64,000 nt of DNA from an uncultured Treponemataceae bacterium (GTDB taxonomy: Bacteria; Spirochaetota; Spirochaetia; Treponematales; Rectinemataceae), in contig CAYXUF010000002.1 of assembly GCA_964468155.1 (NCBI GenBank), forward strand, positions 37,465 through 101,464, given 5' to 3'. The translations under genes were made by a program, and so were the position numbers. Below the pieces are notes generated by a model. The model made no database searches. It was not told where the DNA came from and worked only from the letters and a program-made list of their open reading frames with translations. Shown here in pieces: positions 1 to 9,170 of this stretch (within the stretch, counting starts at the first letter, position 1; each line of letters starts with the position of its first letter).

Positions 1-131
1 ACGATGATCACCAGGGGATAGGACCTCGGGTTGATGCCGATGCTCATGTCGGGAAAGGAGAGCGTCCCGATATAGAAAAGAAGGGAAACGGCCCCCGCGA
101 GGAGGCCGCAGATAACATCAATTCTGCCCAT
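1..131 (-). CDS. TctB-family small membrane subunit of a tripartite tricarboxylate transporter (5' part only; runs off the window)
   Basis: Own translation from the ATG at 131-129 gives MGRIDVICGLLAGAVSLLFYIGTLSFPDMSIGINPRSYPLVII, a hydrophobic TctB-like N-terminus. The start overlaps the stop of the upstream tctC-like gene by 1 nt (TAATG). Confidence 0.6.
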   Translation of the reverse strand, partial: MGRIDVICGLLAGAVSLLFYIGTLSFPDMSIGINPRSYPLVII

Positions 132-1105
132 TATTTATATTTGCTTCCCAGCTTGTTCGCTTTCACTACCTTCTCGTAGTAGTCATCTTCCTTCTGGATG
201 AGCTTCCTGAAGTCCTCTGTATTGCGGTAATCGAGGAGAAGTCCGGACTGGGCCGCGAGCTTGATGAACTCGGGGTCGGCCATCGCGGCCTTGAAGCCAT
301 CGTGCAGGATCTTGATCTTGGCGGGATCGGTGCCCTTGAGCGCCGCGATTCCCCTCCACTGACCCATGGCGAAATCGTAGCCGAGTTCCATGGCCGTCGG
401 GTAGTCGGGGAATTCCTTGAGGCGGCCTTCGGAGAAGACGCCGAGGCACTTGAGCTGGCCGGCCGCGAGCTGGGGCACGCCCTCGGGCGGTCCTACGGTG
501 ATCACGTCCACCTGCCCGGCTACGGCTGCCGTTACGGTGGGGGCTCCGCCCGCGTGCGGAACATGGTTGAACTTGACGCCGACGGCCGATTCGAAGGCCA
601 GGGCTATCATGTGAGTGCCGCCGCCGGCGCCCGCGTTGCCCAGATTGATCATGCCGGGGCGCTTCCTGGCGTCCTCGACGAGATCCTTGAGGTTCTTGTA
701 GGGCGAATTGGCGGGCGCGAGGAACCATACCGGCGCCATGACGACGTCGATGATGGGTTCGAAGCTGTTGGCGTTATAGGGCGTATTCTGCATGTGGGTA
801 ACCGTGATGGAAGGGGTCGCCCAGGCGACGAGGTAGTGGCCGTCGTTCTTCTTCGTCATCGCCTCCACGTAACCCGGAACCGCGGCGCCGCCCGGCTTGT
901 TGGTGACGAGAAGGGGGACGCCCAGATATTTCTGGATGACAGGCGAGAAGATGCGCACCATGAGGTCGGTCGCTCCGCCGGCTGCCCAGGGCACCATCAC
1001 TTCGAGCTCTCTTTCGGGGAATTTTCCCTTCACCTGCGCGCCTGCGCATATCGCGGCGAAAAGAAACACCGTTGCGATGCCGAGCGCCATTCTTTTCTTC
1101 TGCAT
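131..1105 (-). CDS. tctC: Tripartite tricarboxylate transporter substrate-binding protein (TctC/Bug family)
   Basis: ORF 131..1141. Signal peptide MQKKRMALGIATVFLFAAICAGAQ, then Bug-family sequence (PWAAGGATDL, VTNKPGGAA). Start trimmed to the ATG at 1105, which has GGAGG 6 nt upstream. Confidence 0.85.
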   Translation of the reverse strand: MQKKRMALGIATVFLFAAICAGAQVKGKFPERELEVMVPWAAGGATDLMVRIFSPVIQKYLGVPLLVTNKPGGAAVPGYVEAMTKKNDGHYLVAWATPSITVTHMQNTPYNANSFEPIIDVVMAPVWFLAPANSPYKNLKDLVEDARKRPGMINLGNAGAGGGTHMIALAFESAVGVKFNHVPHAGGAPTVTAAVAGQVDVITVGPPEGVPQLAAGQLKCLGVFSEGRLKEFPDYPTAMELGYDFAMGQWRGIAALKGTDPAKIKILHDGFKAAMADPEFIKLAAQSGLLLDYRNTEDFRKLIQKEDDYYEKVVKANKLGSKYK

Positions 1106-1161
1106 GTACTGCCTCCTCTCTTCTGACTCAATCTGCAACATTAAAGGGCCGGTAATCAGCC

Positions 1162-2271
1162 CTATAGTTCCATGATCCCAGGCCTTCTGAAAACATAGCC
1201 GTCTTTCTCCATCGTCAGCACGGGGAAAAGCGAGGGCTCGGACAGGATAACAGGACCCTTGGCCGTGGCGAGCATCGTGTCCTCGCTCTTCATGCCCGTT
1301 ATCGAGGGGTTCCAGGTGAAACCCTGGTTTTCCCTGATAATCTCCTTGGTGTTCGCCGTCACCTTGTAGTCGCGTCCGATATAGCCGATCGCCCCGCCCT
1401 GGTGGTGGAGCCTGTATTCCTCAGGGCAGCCCACCTCGGCATAGGCGCGCAGGGCGGCCTCATACACTTCGACAGCGGGCCTGCCGGGAATCGTCGCGGC
1501 CATCATGGCCGTATCGACATAGACATTGTCCTCATAGAGTTTTTTGAGGTCGGCAGGCAAAGTGCCGAACTGCACAAAGCGGGTTATCGAGACGATGAGG
1601 CCGCGTTTGCGGGAGTTGACGCTTATCATGGCCCGCTTTTCGATCTTCCTGTCCGTGGCAACAGGATGGCGGAACCGCGAAATCCTGTCGTCGGCGGCGC
1701 AGAAGGCCACGATAAAATCCATGCCATTCTTCCAGAGCCGCTCGGAGAGCCTGCCAACGACGGCCCTCTCCTCGTCGCCCGGCCGAATCGTCATGGCCGT
1801 CTCTTCAGCGATCCGGGCAGTATCGAGAGCCTGCTTGCGGTAGCGTTCCACTTCCCAAGGAGTGAGGGAGTAGCGCAGGGGATTGAGCTTGCCCGAGATG
1901 TCCACGGCTCCCGGAAAGGCGTGGTCTGCGCCGAGCCTGAGTCCGGCAAGCTTCGCCACGATCGCGGCTTCCTCATCCGCGTTCCAGGGGAAGCTGACGA
2001 TCTCGTAGCCCTGCTCCTCGAGGCGCTCCTCGTCCCGCATCCGCGGCGCTTCGATATTGGAGCAGACGATGTAAAGCCTGTCGGCCGTCACCAAGGCCCC
2101 CGCAACGCCCAGTTCGGTGGCGAGACCCACAAGGTTGTAGGCTCCTCCCGTAAGCCAGGAGAAATTGGCGCTCTTCTTGAGATAGACGGCGTCGAGGCCC
2201 CGCTGCGCAAGCAGTTCCCTCACCTGAACTCTTTTTATGGTAATCTCTTCAGGAATGAATTCAAACATCAC
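1162..2271 (-). CDS. M24-family metallopeptidase (Xaa-Pro peptidase/creatinase-like)
   Basis: 369-aa ORF with a creatinase-like N-domain and a pita-bread C-domain (HHQGGAIGY, GMKSEDT). Confidence 0.75.
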   Translation of the reverse strand: MMFEFIPEEITIKRVQVRELLAQRGLDAVYLKKSANFSWLTGGAYNLVGLATELGVAGALVTADRLYIVCSNIEAPRMRDEERLEEQGYEIVSFPWNADEEAAIVAKLAGLRLGADHAFPGAVDISGKLNPLRYSLTPWEVERYRKQALDTARIAEETAMTIRPGDEERAVVGRLSERLWKNGMDFIVAFCAADDRISRFRHPVATDRKIEKRAMISVNSRKRGLIVSITRFVQFGTLPADLKKLYEDNVYVDTAMMAATIPGRPAVEVYEAALRAYAEVGCPEEYRLHHQGGAIGYIGRDYKVTANTKEIIRENQGFTWNPSITGMKSEDTMLATAKGPVILSEPSLFPVLTMEKDGYVFRRPGIMEL

Positions 2272-2357
2272 GTCTCCTAAACGAGCTTCCTCGACGAGTT
2301 TCCTGGACCGGCACTCTGCCGAGGTTCCTTGCCGCGTGCCTTGCCGAGCGATTATTC

Positions 2358-2386
2358 TTGACAGATCGGCAATGATTTCGTAATCT
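2358..2386 (+). promoter_or_regulatory. Sigma-70-type promoter candidate for the epimerase gene
   Basis: TTGACA (2358-2363), 17-nt spacer, TAATCT (2381-2386), about 55 nt upstream of the GTG start at 2440. A short inverted repeat CTTAC-GTT-GTAAG follows. Confidence 0.4.
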
Positions 2387-2439
2387 TACGTTGTAAGACG
2401 TCTGTTGTCAAGCAAAATATTCGATGAAGGGGTGACGAA

Positions 2440-3462
2440 GTGCGCGTGCTCATCATAGGGGGAACAGGGAACATTTCGGCCGCATGCACCGACGAAGCCC
2501 TGAGGAAGGGCCATGAAGTCTTCCATCTCAACAGGGGAAGCAGGCCGGAAAAAGAAAAACCTGGCGTAAGGGTCCTCAAGGCCGACATCAGGGACAAGGC
2601 GGCGGTAAAAGCCGCCATCGGAACCCTAAGCTTCGATGCTGTCGTCCAGTTCCTCGCCTTCAGGCCCGAGCATGTAGAAGCCGACATGGAGATCTTCGGC
2701 GGCAGGACGAGTCAGTACGTCCTCATCTCCTCCTGTTCGGCCTACAAAAAGCCCTCGCTCACTCCTTATATAACGGAAGAAACCCCCCTCGAGAACCCAT
2801 TCTGGGAATACTCCAGGCTCAAGGCCGACTGCGAGCGGGTTCTTACCGAAAAGGCTGCGACGAAGGCCGAGGGCCGAGGCGTCGCCTCGTCCTTCCCCTG
2901 GACGATTGTGCGCCCCTCCCACACCTATGACGACGGCTGGATCCCCGGCTACTTCAAGTCGGCCTCCTGGGGCACAGCCTGGCGCATCACACAAGGCAGG
3001 GAACTGATCCTGCCCGGCGACGGTCAGTCGGTCTGGACCCTCACCCATGCCTCGGACTTTGCCGTGGGCCTCGTGGGCCTCCTCGGCAATCCGGCTGCCC
3101 TCTCGGAAGCCTTCCATATAACCTCCGACGAGCATCTCACCTGGGAAGCCATCCACATGATCATCGGAGAGGCTCTGGGCAAGGCGCCAAGGATGATCCG
3201 CATTCCCTCCGATTTCATCGCCCGCGTCAATCCCGAGCGCGGCGCAGGGCTTCTCGGCGACAAGGCGGTTTCCGTCATCTTCGACAACGCGAAGATTCGG
3301 CGCTTCGTGCCCGAGTTCGCCCCGAAAACGCGTTTCGCCGAAGGCATACGCCGCTCCCTCGCCTGGTACGACGCCCATCCCGAGCTGAAAGTGCCCGACG
3401 CCGGCATGAACGCCGAAATGGACGACATTTTGGAGCGCTGGCATGCCGCGATGCGAAAATAG
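2440..3462 (+). CDS. NAD-dependent epimerase/dehydratase (extended SDR)
   Basis: N-terminal Rossmann motif VLIIGGTGNIS in a 340-aa ORF. GTG start. Confidence 0.8.
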   Translation: MRVLIIGGTGNISAACTDEALRKGHEVFHLNRGSRPEKEKPGVRVLKADIRDKAAVKAAIGTLSFDAVVQFLAFRPEHVEADMEIFGGRTSQYVLISSCSAYKKPSLTPYITEETPLENPFWEYSRLKADCERVLTEKAATKAEGRGVASSFPWTIVRPSHTYDDGWIPGYFKSASWGTAWRITQGRELILPGDGQSVWTLTHASDFAVGLVGLLGNPAALSEAFHITSDEHLTWEAIHMIIGEALGKAPRMIRIPSDFIARVNPERGAGLLGDKAVSVIFDNAKIRRFVPEFAPKTRFAEGIRRSLAWYDAHPELKVPDAGMNAEMDDILERWHAAMRK

Positions 3463-3555
3463 CCGGCACTACTCCCATGTTTGATGCAAGAGTGTCCCTC
3501 ATGAGCGTTCATGTAGTATAAAGACCTGTATACGCTGGAATCATGAGGTAGGCAT

Positions 3556-4091
3556 ATGTCGGAAGAACAATCGCTCATTACTTTTGAGAATTCACAGATT
3601 CGCAGGCTCTTCGATGACATCGATGTCATCGCAGCGCTAACCGGAAGCCTCAACCCTCGCGATTATTGGTTTAAAATGAAGGTCAGGGTTAAATCCGAGG
3701 ATGGAATCGAACTGTCGACAATTTGTCGACAGTTGAAGATGAAGGCCGCCGATGGGAAAATGCGGAATACGGATGTGACCAATGTACAGGGTCTTCTGCG
3801 CATTATTCAATCCATTCCATCGCCGAAAGCCGAACCCTTTAAGCAGTGGTTGGCCAAAGTAGGCTACGAACGCATCCAGGACATGAGCGATCCGGCTCTC
3901 TCTCTCGATCGCGCGCGTGAATACTGGAAGCAGCACGGCAGGAGCGAAGTCTGCGCGATCACATGAGCGAGGCGGAACTGATTTTTACTGCGCTTGCGGA
4001 GCTTTCCACTCGTCAGATCGCTGAAAGCGTTATAGCTACGGGAATGGAAGAGAATGCCGAAGCAGGAAAAAAAGGAAGAAGGTCGACATGA
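3556..4091 (+). pseudogene. Decayed Bro-N / phage antirepressor-like gene (internal deletion plus frameshift)
   Basis: The 136-aa ORF carries the conserved IQSIPSPKAEPFKQWLAKVGYERI block and stops at 3964-3966. A second frame (3963..4091: MSEAELIFTALAELSTRQIAESVIATGMEENAEAGKKG) resembles the C-terminal tail of full-length family members, with the middle missing. GC is lower than the flanks by eye. Confidence 0.6.
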
Positions 4092-5194
4092 GTGCCTTGA
4101 TCTGGATAACGCAGGCTACAGGCAATCCGAGGTTCCCCTACCGGGTCGCCATCCTGCGCGAGGGCGAGGCTCAAGCCCTTTTCGCCGTCCGCGCCGCTGA
4201 CAAATGGCCGGGTCCGGGGGCCAGCATCTTCTGCGTCCGCGACGGCTCCACAGCCGACGAAGTGGACATCTTCGAGGAGGTGGAGCGCGTGCCCGTCATC
4301 GGCTACGAAGTCTTCGGGCGCAGGATTTCCGTCACCCTCGACAGGCCGGTGCGCAAGCGCTGCGAGTTCCTCGTTCTCGAAAAGTCCTACCGCGACCGCG
4401 AAGGCAGCTACGAGCAGATTTTCTTCCGTACCCAGGCTTCGATTGAAGCCCATAAGTCGCGGTCCAAGGTCTCCCTGCGCGCCGAGACCGACATGACGAT
4501 AGCCATCGATTCCGGCGAACGCTATGCCTGGAAATTCCCCGGGGCGACGACGATAAAGCGCAAGCTTCGTTCAGGCGACTATGCCTTCGTCGAGGCTGAC
4601 ACCGTCCTTGCCGTCGTGGAGCGCAAGAGCTACGACAACCTCCTGGGCGACATCGGAAGGATCGTCGTCCTCCACCAGAGCCTCCGCGAGCTCGCCGGCT
4701 ACCCGGCCGCGGCCGTCGTCATCGAAGCACGTTATGGCGACTTCATGGATCCGGTCCGACTCAAGGGGCGTTGGCCGGCCGGCCATTGCTGCCGCGTCCT
4801 GGGCGAACTCCAGGCGATGCATCCGACCCTGCCCTTCATCTTCGCGGGCACCCGGAAGGAAGCCAACATCTGGGTCTGGTCCTTCTTTAAAGCGGTTTCC
4901 AGAAAAGCTGCCCAGACCTCGTGCGATGAAGGTCTTTTCGCCGCCGAATCTCGCCCGCCCGATTTCTCCTCCGTTCCGGATCTCGAAGCCCGCGTCCTGT
5001 CCCTCATCGGCGCGACGCCCGATGGCCTCACCGCTCTTGCGCTCAAAGAAGCCCTCGGCGATGTCGACGCCGTCCTCCTGCGCCACAACCTTGCCAGACT
5101 AAAGGCGAGAGGCGCAGTGGCTTGCTCGTCCCGGGGTCCAAAAGCCAGGTGGCGAATTCTTACAAAACCGAGTCCGGATGCATTGACGATCTAA
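4088..5194 (+). CDS. ERCC4 (XPF/Mus81-type) nuclease-domain protein with an unknown N-terminal domain and a wHTH-like C-terminus
   Basis: Motifs AIDSGER (aa 139-145) and GDYAFVEADTVLAVVERKSYDNLLGD (aa 163-188) match the ERCC4 signature GDY...ERK...D. The ATG overlaps the stop of the Bro-N remnant (ATGA). Confidence 0.7.
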   Translation: MSALIWITQATGNPRFPYRVAILREGEAQALFAVRAADKWPGPGASIFCVRDGSTADEVDIFEEVERVPVIGYEVFGRRISVTLDRPVRKRCEFLVLEKSYRDREGSYEQIFFRTQASIEAHKSRSKVSLRAETDMTIAIDSGERYAWKFPGATTIKRKLRSGDYAFVEADTVLAVVERKSYDNLLGDIGRIVVLHQSLRELAGYPAAAVVIEARYGDFMDPVRLKGRWPAGHCCRVLGELQAMHPTLPFIFAGTRKEANIWVWSFFKAVSRKAAQTSCDEGLFAAESRPPDFSSVPDLEARVLSLIGATPDGLTALALKEALGDVDAVLLRHNLARLKARGAVACSSRGPKARWRILTKPSPDALTI

Positions 5195-5237
5195 TATCAT
5201 TTTGATATCATATGGATATCGATCACCCGATTGATCG
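5183..5237 (+). promoter_or_regulatory. Sigma-70-type promoter overlapped by three 11-bp-phased (A/G)ATATC repeats and a CGATCA/TGATCG inverted repeat
   Basis: TTGACG (5183-5188), 17 nt, TATCAT (5206-5211). Repeats AATATC 5193, GATATC 5204 and GATATC 5215 are spaced exactly 11 bp. Inverted repeat at 5220-5237. Confidence 0.45.
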
Positions 5238-5249
5238 AGGAGGATATCC

Positions 5250-6260
5250 ATGAATTACCCCTATTCCAAAGAAACCGTCATGAAAGCCAGAAACGGCATG
5301 GGCTTGATGCTCCTTTTCATAGCCCTCACGGTTCTGGGCGTGGCCGCCATCATTGTCGGCGGCATCACGCTGGACGACAACAGCCGGTCAGTGGCGGGAG
5401 TGATCCTGCTTGTCATCGGGGCAGTGTATTCCTGCCTCGCCTGGATTCCCTTCATGGGCCTCAAGATTCTCAAACCCCAGGAAGCTCTCGTCCTCACCCT
5501 CTTCGGCAAATACCAGGGCACGCTCAAGGGCGAAGGCTTCTACTTCGTCAATCCCTTTGTTTCGGCCATCAATCCGGCAGCGGGCGCAGGGATGGCGACA
5601 GCCACAGAGGACCAGAACCCTCCTATACAGACCGGTAAATCCGAAACCTCCGTCAAGATAAACCTGCCCAGAAAAACCATCTCGCTCAAATCCATGACCC
5701 TGAACAACAACAAGCAGAAGGTGAACGATGCCCTGGGCAATCCCGTGGAGATCGGCATCGTGGTGATCTGGCGCATCGTCAATTCCTCGATGGCCGTTTT
5801 CAACGTCGACAATTTCAAAGCCTTCCTCTCCATACAGTGCGACTCGTCCCTTCGCAATATCGCCCGGCTCTACCCCTACGATGTAGCCTCGGACGGCGAG
5901 GAGATGACGCTTCGCGGCTCCAGCCAGGAAGTGGCGGACAAGCTCAAGGCCGAGATTCAGTCGCGGGTGGAAATCGCTGGCATCGAGATACTGGAAGCGC
6001 GCATTACCCATCTGGCCTACGCCCCCGAAATCGCGGCCGTCATGCTGCAGCGGCAACAGGCTTCGGCCATCATCGACGCGCGCAAGATGATCGTGGACGG
6101 AGCCGTGGGCATGGTGGAAATGGCACTGGCCCGCCTGAGCGAAAACAAGGTCGTCGAGCTGGATGAGGAGCGCAAGGCCGCCATGGTGAGCAACCTTCTC
6201 GTGGTGCTCTGCGGCAACAAGGACGCCCAGCCGATCGTCAACTCCGGATCGATCTACTGA
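5250..6260 (+). CDS. SPFH/Band 7 (stomatin/prohibitin-like) membrane protein
   Basis: N-terminal TM helices followed by an SPFH core (LKILKPQEALVLTLFGKY, GFYFVNPF). GAGGAGG RBS before the ATG. Confidence 0.85.
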   Translation: MNYPYSKETVMKARNGMGLMLLFIALTVLGVAAIIVGGITLDDNSRSVAGVILLVIGAVYSCLAWIPFMGLKILKPQEALVLTLFGKYQGTLKGEGFYFVNPFVSAINPAAGAGMATATEDQNPPIQTGKSETSVKINLPRKTISLKSMTLNNNKQKVNDALGNPVEIGIVVIWRIVNSSMAVFNVDNFKAFLSIQCDSSLRNIARLYPYDVASDGEEMTLRGSSQEVADKLKAEIQSRVEIAGIEILEARITHLAYAPEIAAVMLQRQQASAIIDARKMIVDGAVGMVEMALARLSENKVVELDEERKAAMVSNLLVVLCGNKDAQPIVNSGSIY

Positions 6261-6265
6261 CACCC

Positions 6266-6463
6266 ATGGACGAAAAAAGCGAGAAAGACAAGAAGCAGAT
6301 CCTGCTGCGGCTGTCGCCTCAGCTGTGGCGGGATCTCGCCGCCTGGGCCGAGGACGATTTCCGCTCCATCAACGGGCAGATCGAGTATCTGCTGAGCGAA
6401 GCCGTACGCAGGCGGAAGAAGGCATCGGACGGCGGAGGAAAGGACGGCGGCGACCAGGCGTGA
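6266..6463 (+). CDS. Small ribbon-helix-helix (Arc/MetJ-like) DNA-binding protein
   Basis: 65-aa ORF starting 5 nt after the SPFH gene. KKQILLRLSPQLWRDLAAWAEDDFRSINGQIEYLL fits a beta-strand/helix/helix RHH pattern. Confidence 0.6.
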   Translation: MDEKSEKDKKQILLRLSPQLWRDLAAWAEDDFRSINGQIEYLLSEAVRRRKKASDGGGKDGGDQA

Positions 6464-6487
6464 TGACCTTGGGGATCGTACCGTGTC

Positions 6488-7435
6488 CTACACGTGGTTG
6501 CGCAGCATGAGTTCGGCAGGGTGGGGCGACAGATAGATCTGCCCTGCCAGGTAAGCCTCCTCGTACTTGCGGACGTAGTGCCTGATCATCGTCATGGGGA
6601 CAACGAGGGGAACGAGGTGGGCGCTGTACTGGCCTATCAGCTCGAGGAGCTCGGCCTTTTCGCCGGCACCCAGCTGCTTCTTGAAATAGCCCATTATATG
6701 CATGAGGACGTTGGCGTTCTTCTTCTCCGTTGCCTGCAGGGCCATGGCTTTCATGAAGAGGGCTTTGTAGCGCTCAATCAGCTCCCCGCGATCCATGCCC
6801 TTGGCCTGGCCGACGAGAGCGCCCAGCTCCCTGTAGATCGTCACCGAATGGGACATGATGAGAAGTTTATGGGCCGTATGGAATTCGACGAGGTCGCCGA
6901 TACCGGGCCTGGAAGCCAGGAAGTCCTCGAGCCGGGCATAGGCGAACACCCGCTCGATGAAGTTCTCCCGCAGGTCGGGATCGTTGAGGCGGCCTTCCTC
7001 CTCGACGGGGACTAAGGGGAAGCGGGCGGTGAATGCGGCGGCGAAGAGGCCGCGGCCCGATCTGCCGGGAGAGCCGTTTTCGTCGTACACCTTCACCCTG
7101 TGAAGACCCGAACTCGGCGAATCCTTCTTGAAGATAAAACCCCGCAAGCCCTCTCCGGCGAGGGATTCCACACGCCTGGCGCAATAGCCCAGCATCCGCT
7201 CCGTGAGGTCGGTCTTCGTCCTGTTCGTGACGAGCCTGGGGCTTTCGGGATCGCCTTCCAGGCGCATCGACTCGCGGGGTATGGAAAGGCCGCACTCCAC
7301 TTCCGGGCAGACGGGAAGAAACTCGAAAAAACGCCCCAGGGTATCAACGATGTAGCCGTCGCGCTTGTGCCCGCCATCGTAGCGCACGCTGTTTCCCAAA
7401 AGACAGGAGCTCACGCCCAGTTTGATCTTGTCCAT
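6488..7435 (-). CDS. DUF523 plus DUF1722 (YbbK/YbgA-like) fusion protein
   Basis: N-terminus GVSSCLLGNSVRYDGGHK with PVCPEVECGL (DUF523). The C-terminal half carries TAHKLLIMSHS, typical of DUF1722. Confidence 0.8.
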   Translation of the reverse strand: MDKIKLGVSSCLLGNSVRYDGGHKRDGYIVDTLGRFFEFLPVCPEVECGLSIPRESMRLEGDPESPRLVTNRTKTDLTERMLGYCARRVESLAGEGLRGFIFKKDSPSSGLHRVKVYDENGSPGRSGRGLFAAAFTARFPLVPVEEEGRLNDPDLRENFIERVFAYARLEDFLASRPGIGDLVEFHTAHKLLIMSHSVTIYRELGALVGQAKGMDRGELIERYKALFMKAMALQATEKKNANVLMHIMGYFKKQLGAGEKAELLELIGQYSAHLVPLVVPMTMIRHYVRKYEEAYLAGQIYLSPHPAELMLRNHV

Positions 7436-7493
7436 ATCTCCATCCTAGCGCCGGGCGCGAGCCTTGTCGATCTTTGCTTCACGGAAGCGGAGA

Positions 7494-9170
7494 TCACTTC
7501 GAGGGGGGAGGATTCATCCCTTCAGGAGGCATCAGGCCAGTGGGACGAGCCATACCTTCAGGGGGCGGCATCATGCCTGAGCCGTTGGGGCTACCGGGTC
7601 CGCCCATGCCAGGGCCGCCGGTGCCGAACCCCATGCCGAATATTTGCCCGCCAATCTGGGTGACGGGGCTTGAGGGCGTGAAGCTTACGACAGTACCTGT
7701 CGAGACAGTTCCTGTCGAGGCAACGATGCTGTATTCCTCGCCGGCTTTAAGCGCCGGGCTCGAGAACACGAGGGTTTGACAGGATGCCGGGATCGTCCAG
7801 GAGAATACCGTGGCGCCAGCCTTGTTTTTTATGATGAAAGCGCTGCCCTTGGCATAGCCGCCCGCGATGAGGACATTCTGGGTGCAGGCTTCGGCTGTCA
7901 GCCCGCTCGTCATGCCGCCAATACCGACAAGAGTGCCGCCCGTGATGGCGAAACTGTTCGTGTCGCAGTCGAAGGGACCCTCGGGGCCGCCCGTGCCGAT
8001 CGCCATAATGGTTCCGCCGGCTATGTTCAGAGTGCCGTTGGAATCGATGGCGTCGTTGGCGCTCGAGATGACATCGAGATCACCGCCCTTGATAACAATG
8101 GATGTACCCGCGTTGAGGCAGTCGTCTGCCGTCCTGACCCTGATCGTTCCGCCGCTGATGACGAGGTCCGATTTGGCTTCGATGCCCTCGGGGCTGCAGC
8201 TGACAGCCTTGCCCTCGGCATCTGTCTTTTCATAGGGCGTACCCGTTGTGGTGATATCGATAGTGCCACCGTTTATATAGACGTCGGGATTGGGGTCGTC
8301 GGCAGTGCTGGCTGTCGTCGCGTCCTCGTCGATGTCCCAACCCGCGGTGATGGCCTTGCCCACAGTCCTGATCGTGATGCCGCCGTCGTTGATCACGATC
8401 TGCCCCTTGCCGGGCGCGCTCTCGGTACCGTCAACCTTGATGCCCTTGCTCTCATCGTCGATGCCGGAGCCCGTGCCGACTATGTTCAGTTTTCCGCCGT
8501 CTAAGATAAAGCCCTGATCGGTGCGTATCCCGTCCCTCGTGGTGACGGTGACGTTGAGCGATCCACCACGTATACGCACGTACTCTTTCGCGTAGATGGC
8601 GTGCTTGTAGTTGCCCGTCACGTTCAGAGTCCCTTCGCCGCTGATGACAATCGCACCCTTGCCGCTCAGGGCGGCCTTTTCATCAAGTTCCTTTACTCTG
8701 CTTATGGTGTCGCTCAACGTGTTGATACTGTTCGCGGCCAGCACGATGTAGGCTTTCTTCTTTGACTGCAGATTGATGGCGGGCCCATTGTCGGCGTTTA
8801 TGGTAACGCCGTCGAGATAGAGCTGGTAGGGGCTGTCGCTTGCGACGCTCAGGGTTCCGGCGAGACTGCCTTCTAGCTTGTACGTGATGGCCGCGTTTGA
8901 TTTCGATGTTATCGCAATCCCGTAGGCTGTCTTGGCCACTGTCACTCCATCGACAATCGTTTCGCCACTGGCGACATCTGTGTCGCCCAACGTTGCCGAT
9001 GACAGATCGATGGATATAATCCTGTCGAAGACGAGGGACTCGACGATGTCGCCCGCGTCGTAGGCCATGGCGGTTGTGGTGGCTGCGGCACCCGCTGCGC
9101 CGGGAAGGCCCTGCGCGAAGGCGCTCATGCCGAGCATGACCGCCATTAGAACAGCCAGAAATTTTTTCAT
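7494..9170 (-). CDS. Secreted parallel beta-helix repeat protein, carbohydrate-binding Cthe_2159-like, with a Met/Pro/Gly-rich C-terminal tail
   Basis: Start trimmed to the ATG at 9170 (signal peptide MKKFLAVLMAVMLGMSAFAQG). Repeated GGT(I/L)x(I/V) turns. The tail is GMGFGTGGPGMGGPGSPNGSGMMPPPEGMARPTGLMPPEGMNPPPSK. Confidence 0.65.
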   Translation of the reverse strand: MKKFLAVLMAVMLGMSAFAQGLPGAAGAAATTTAMAYDAGDIVESLVFDRIISIDLSSATLGDTDVASGETIVDGVTVAKTAYGIAITSKSNAAITYKLEGSLAGTLSVASDSPYQLYLDGVTINADNGPAINLQSKKKAYIVLAANSINTLSDTISRVKELDEKAALSGKGAIVISGEGTLNVTGNYKHAIYAKEYVRIRGGSLNVTVTTRDGIRTDQGFILDGGKLNIVGTGSGIDDESKGIKVDGTESAPGKGQIVINDGGITIRTVGKAITAGWDIDEDATTASTADDPNPDVYINGGTIDITTTGTPYEKTDAEGKAVSCSPEGIEAKSDLVISGGTIRVRTADDCLNAGTSIVIKGGDLDVISSANDAIDSNGTLNIAGGTIMAIGTGGPEGPFDCDTNSFAITGGTLVGIGGMTSGLTAEACTQNVLIAGGYAKGSAFIIKNKAGATVFSWTIPASCQTLVFSSPALKAGEEYSIVASTGTVSTGTVVSFTPSSPVTQIGGQIFGMGFGTGGPGMGGPGSPNGSGMMPPPEGMARPTGLMPPEGMNPPPSK

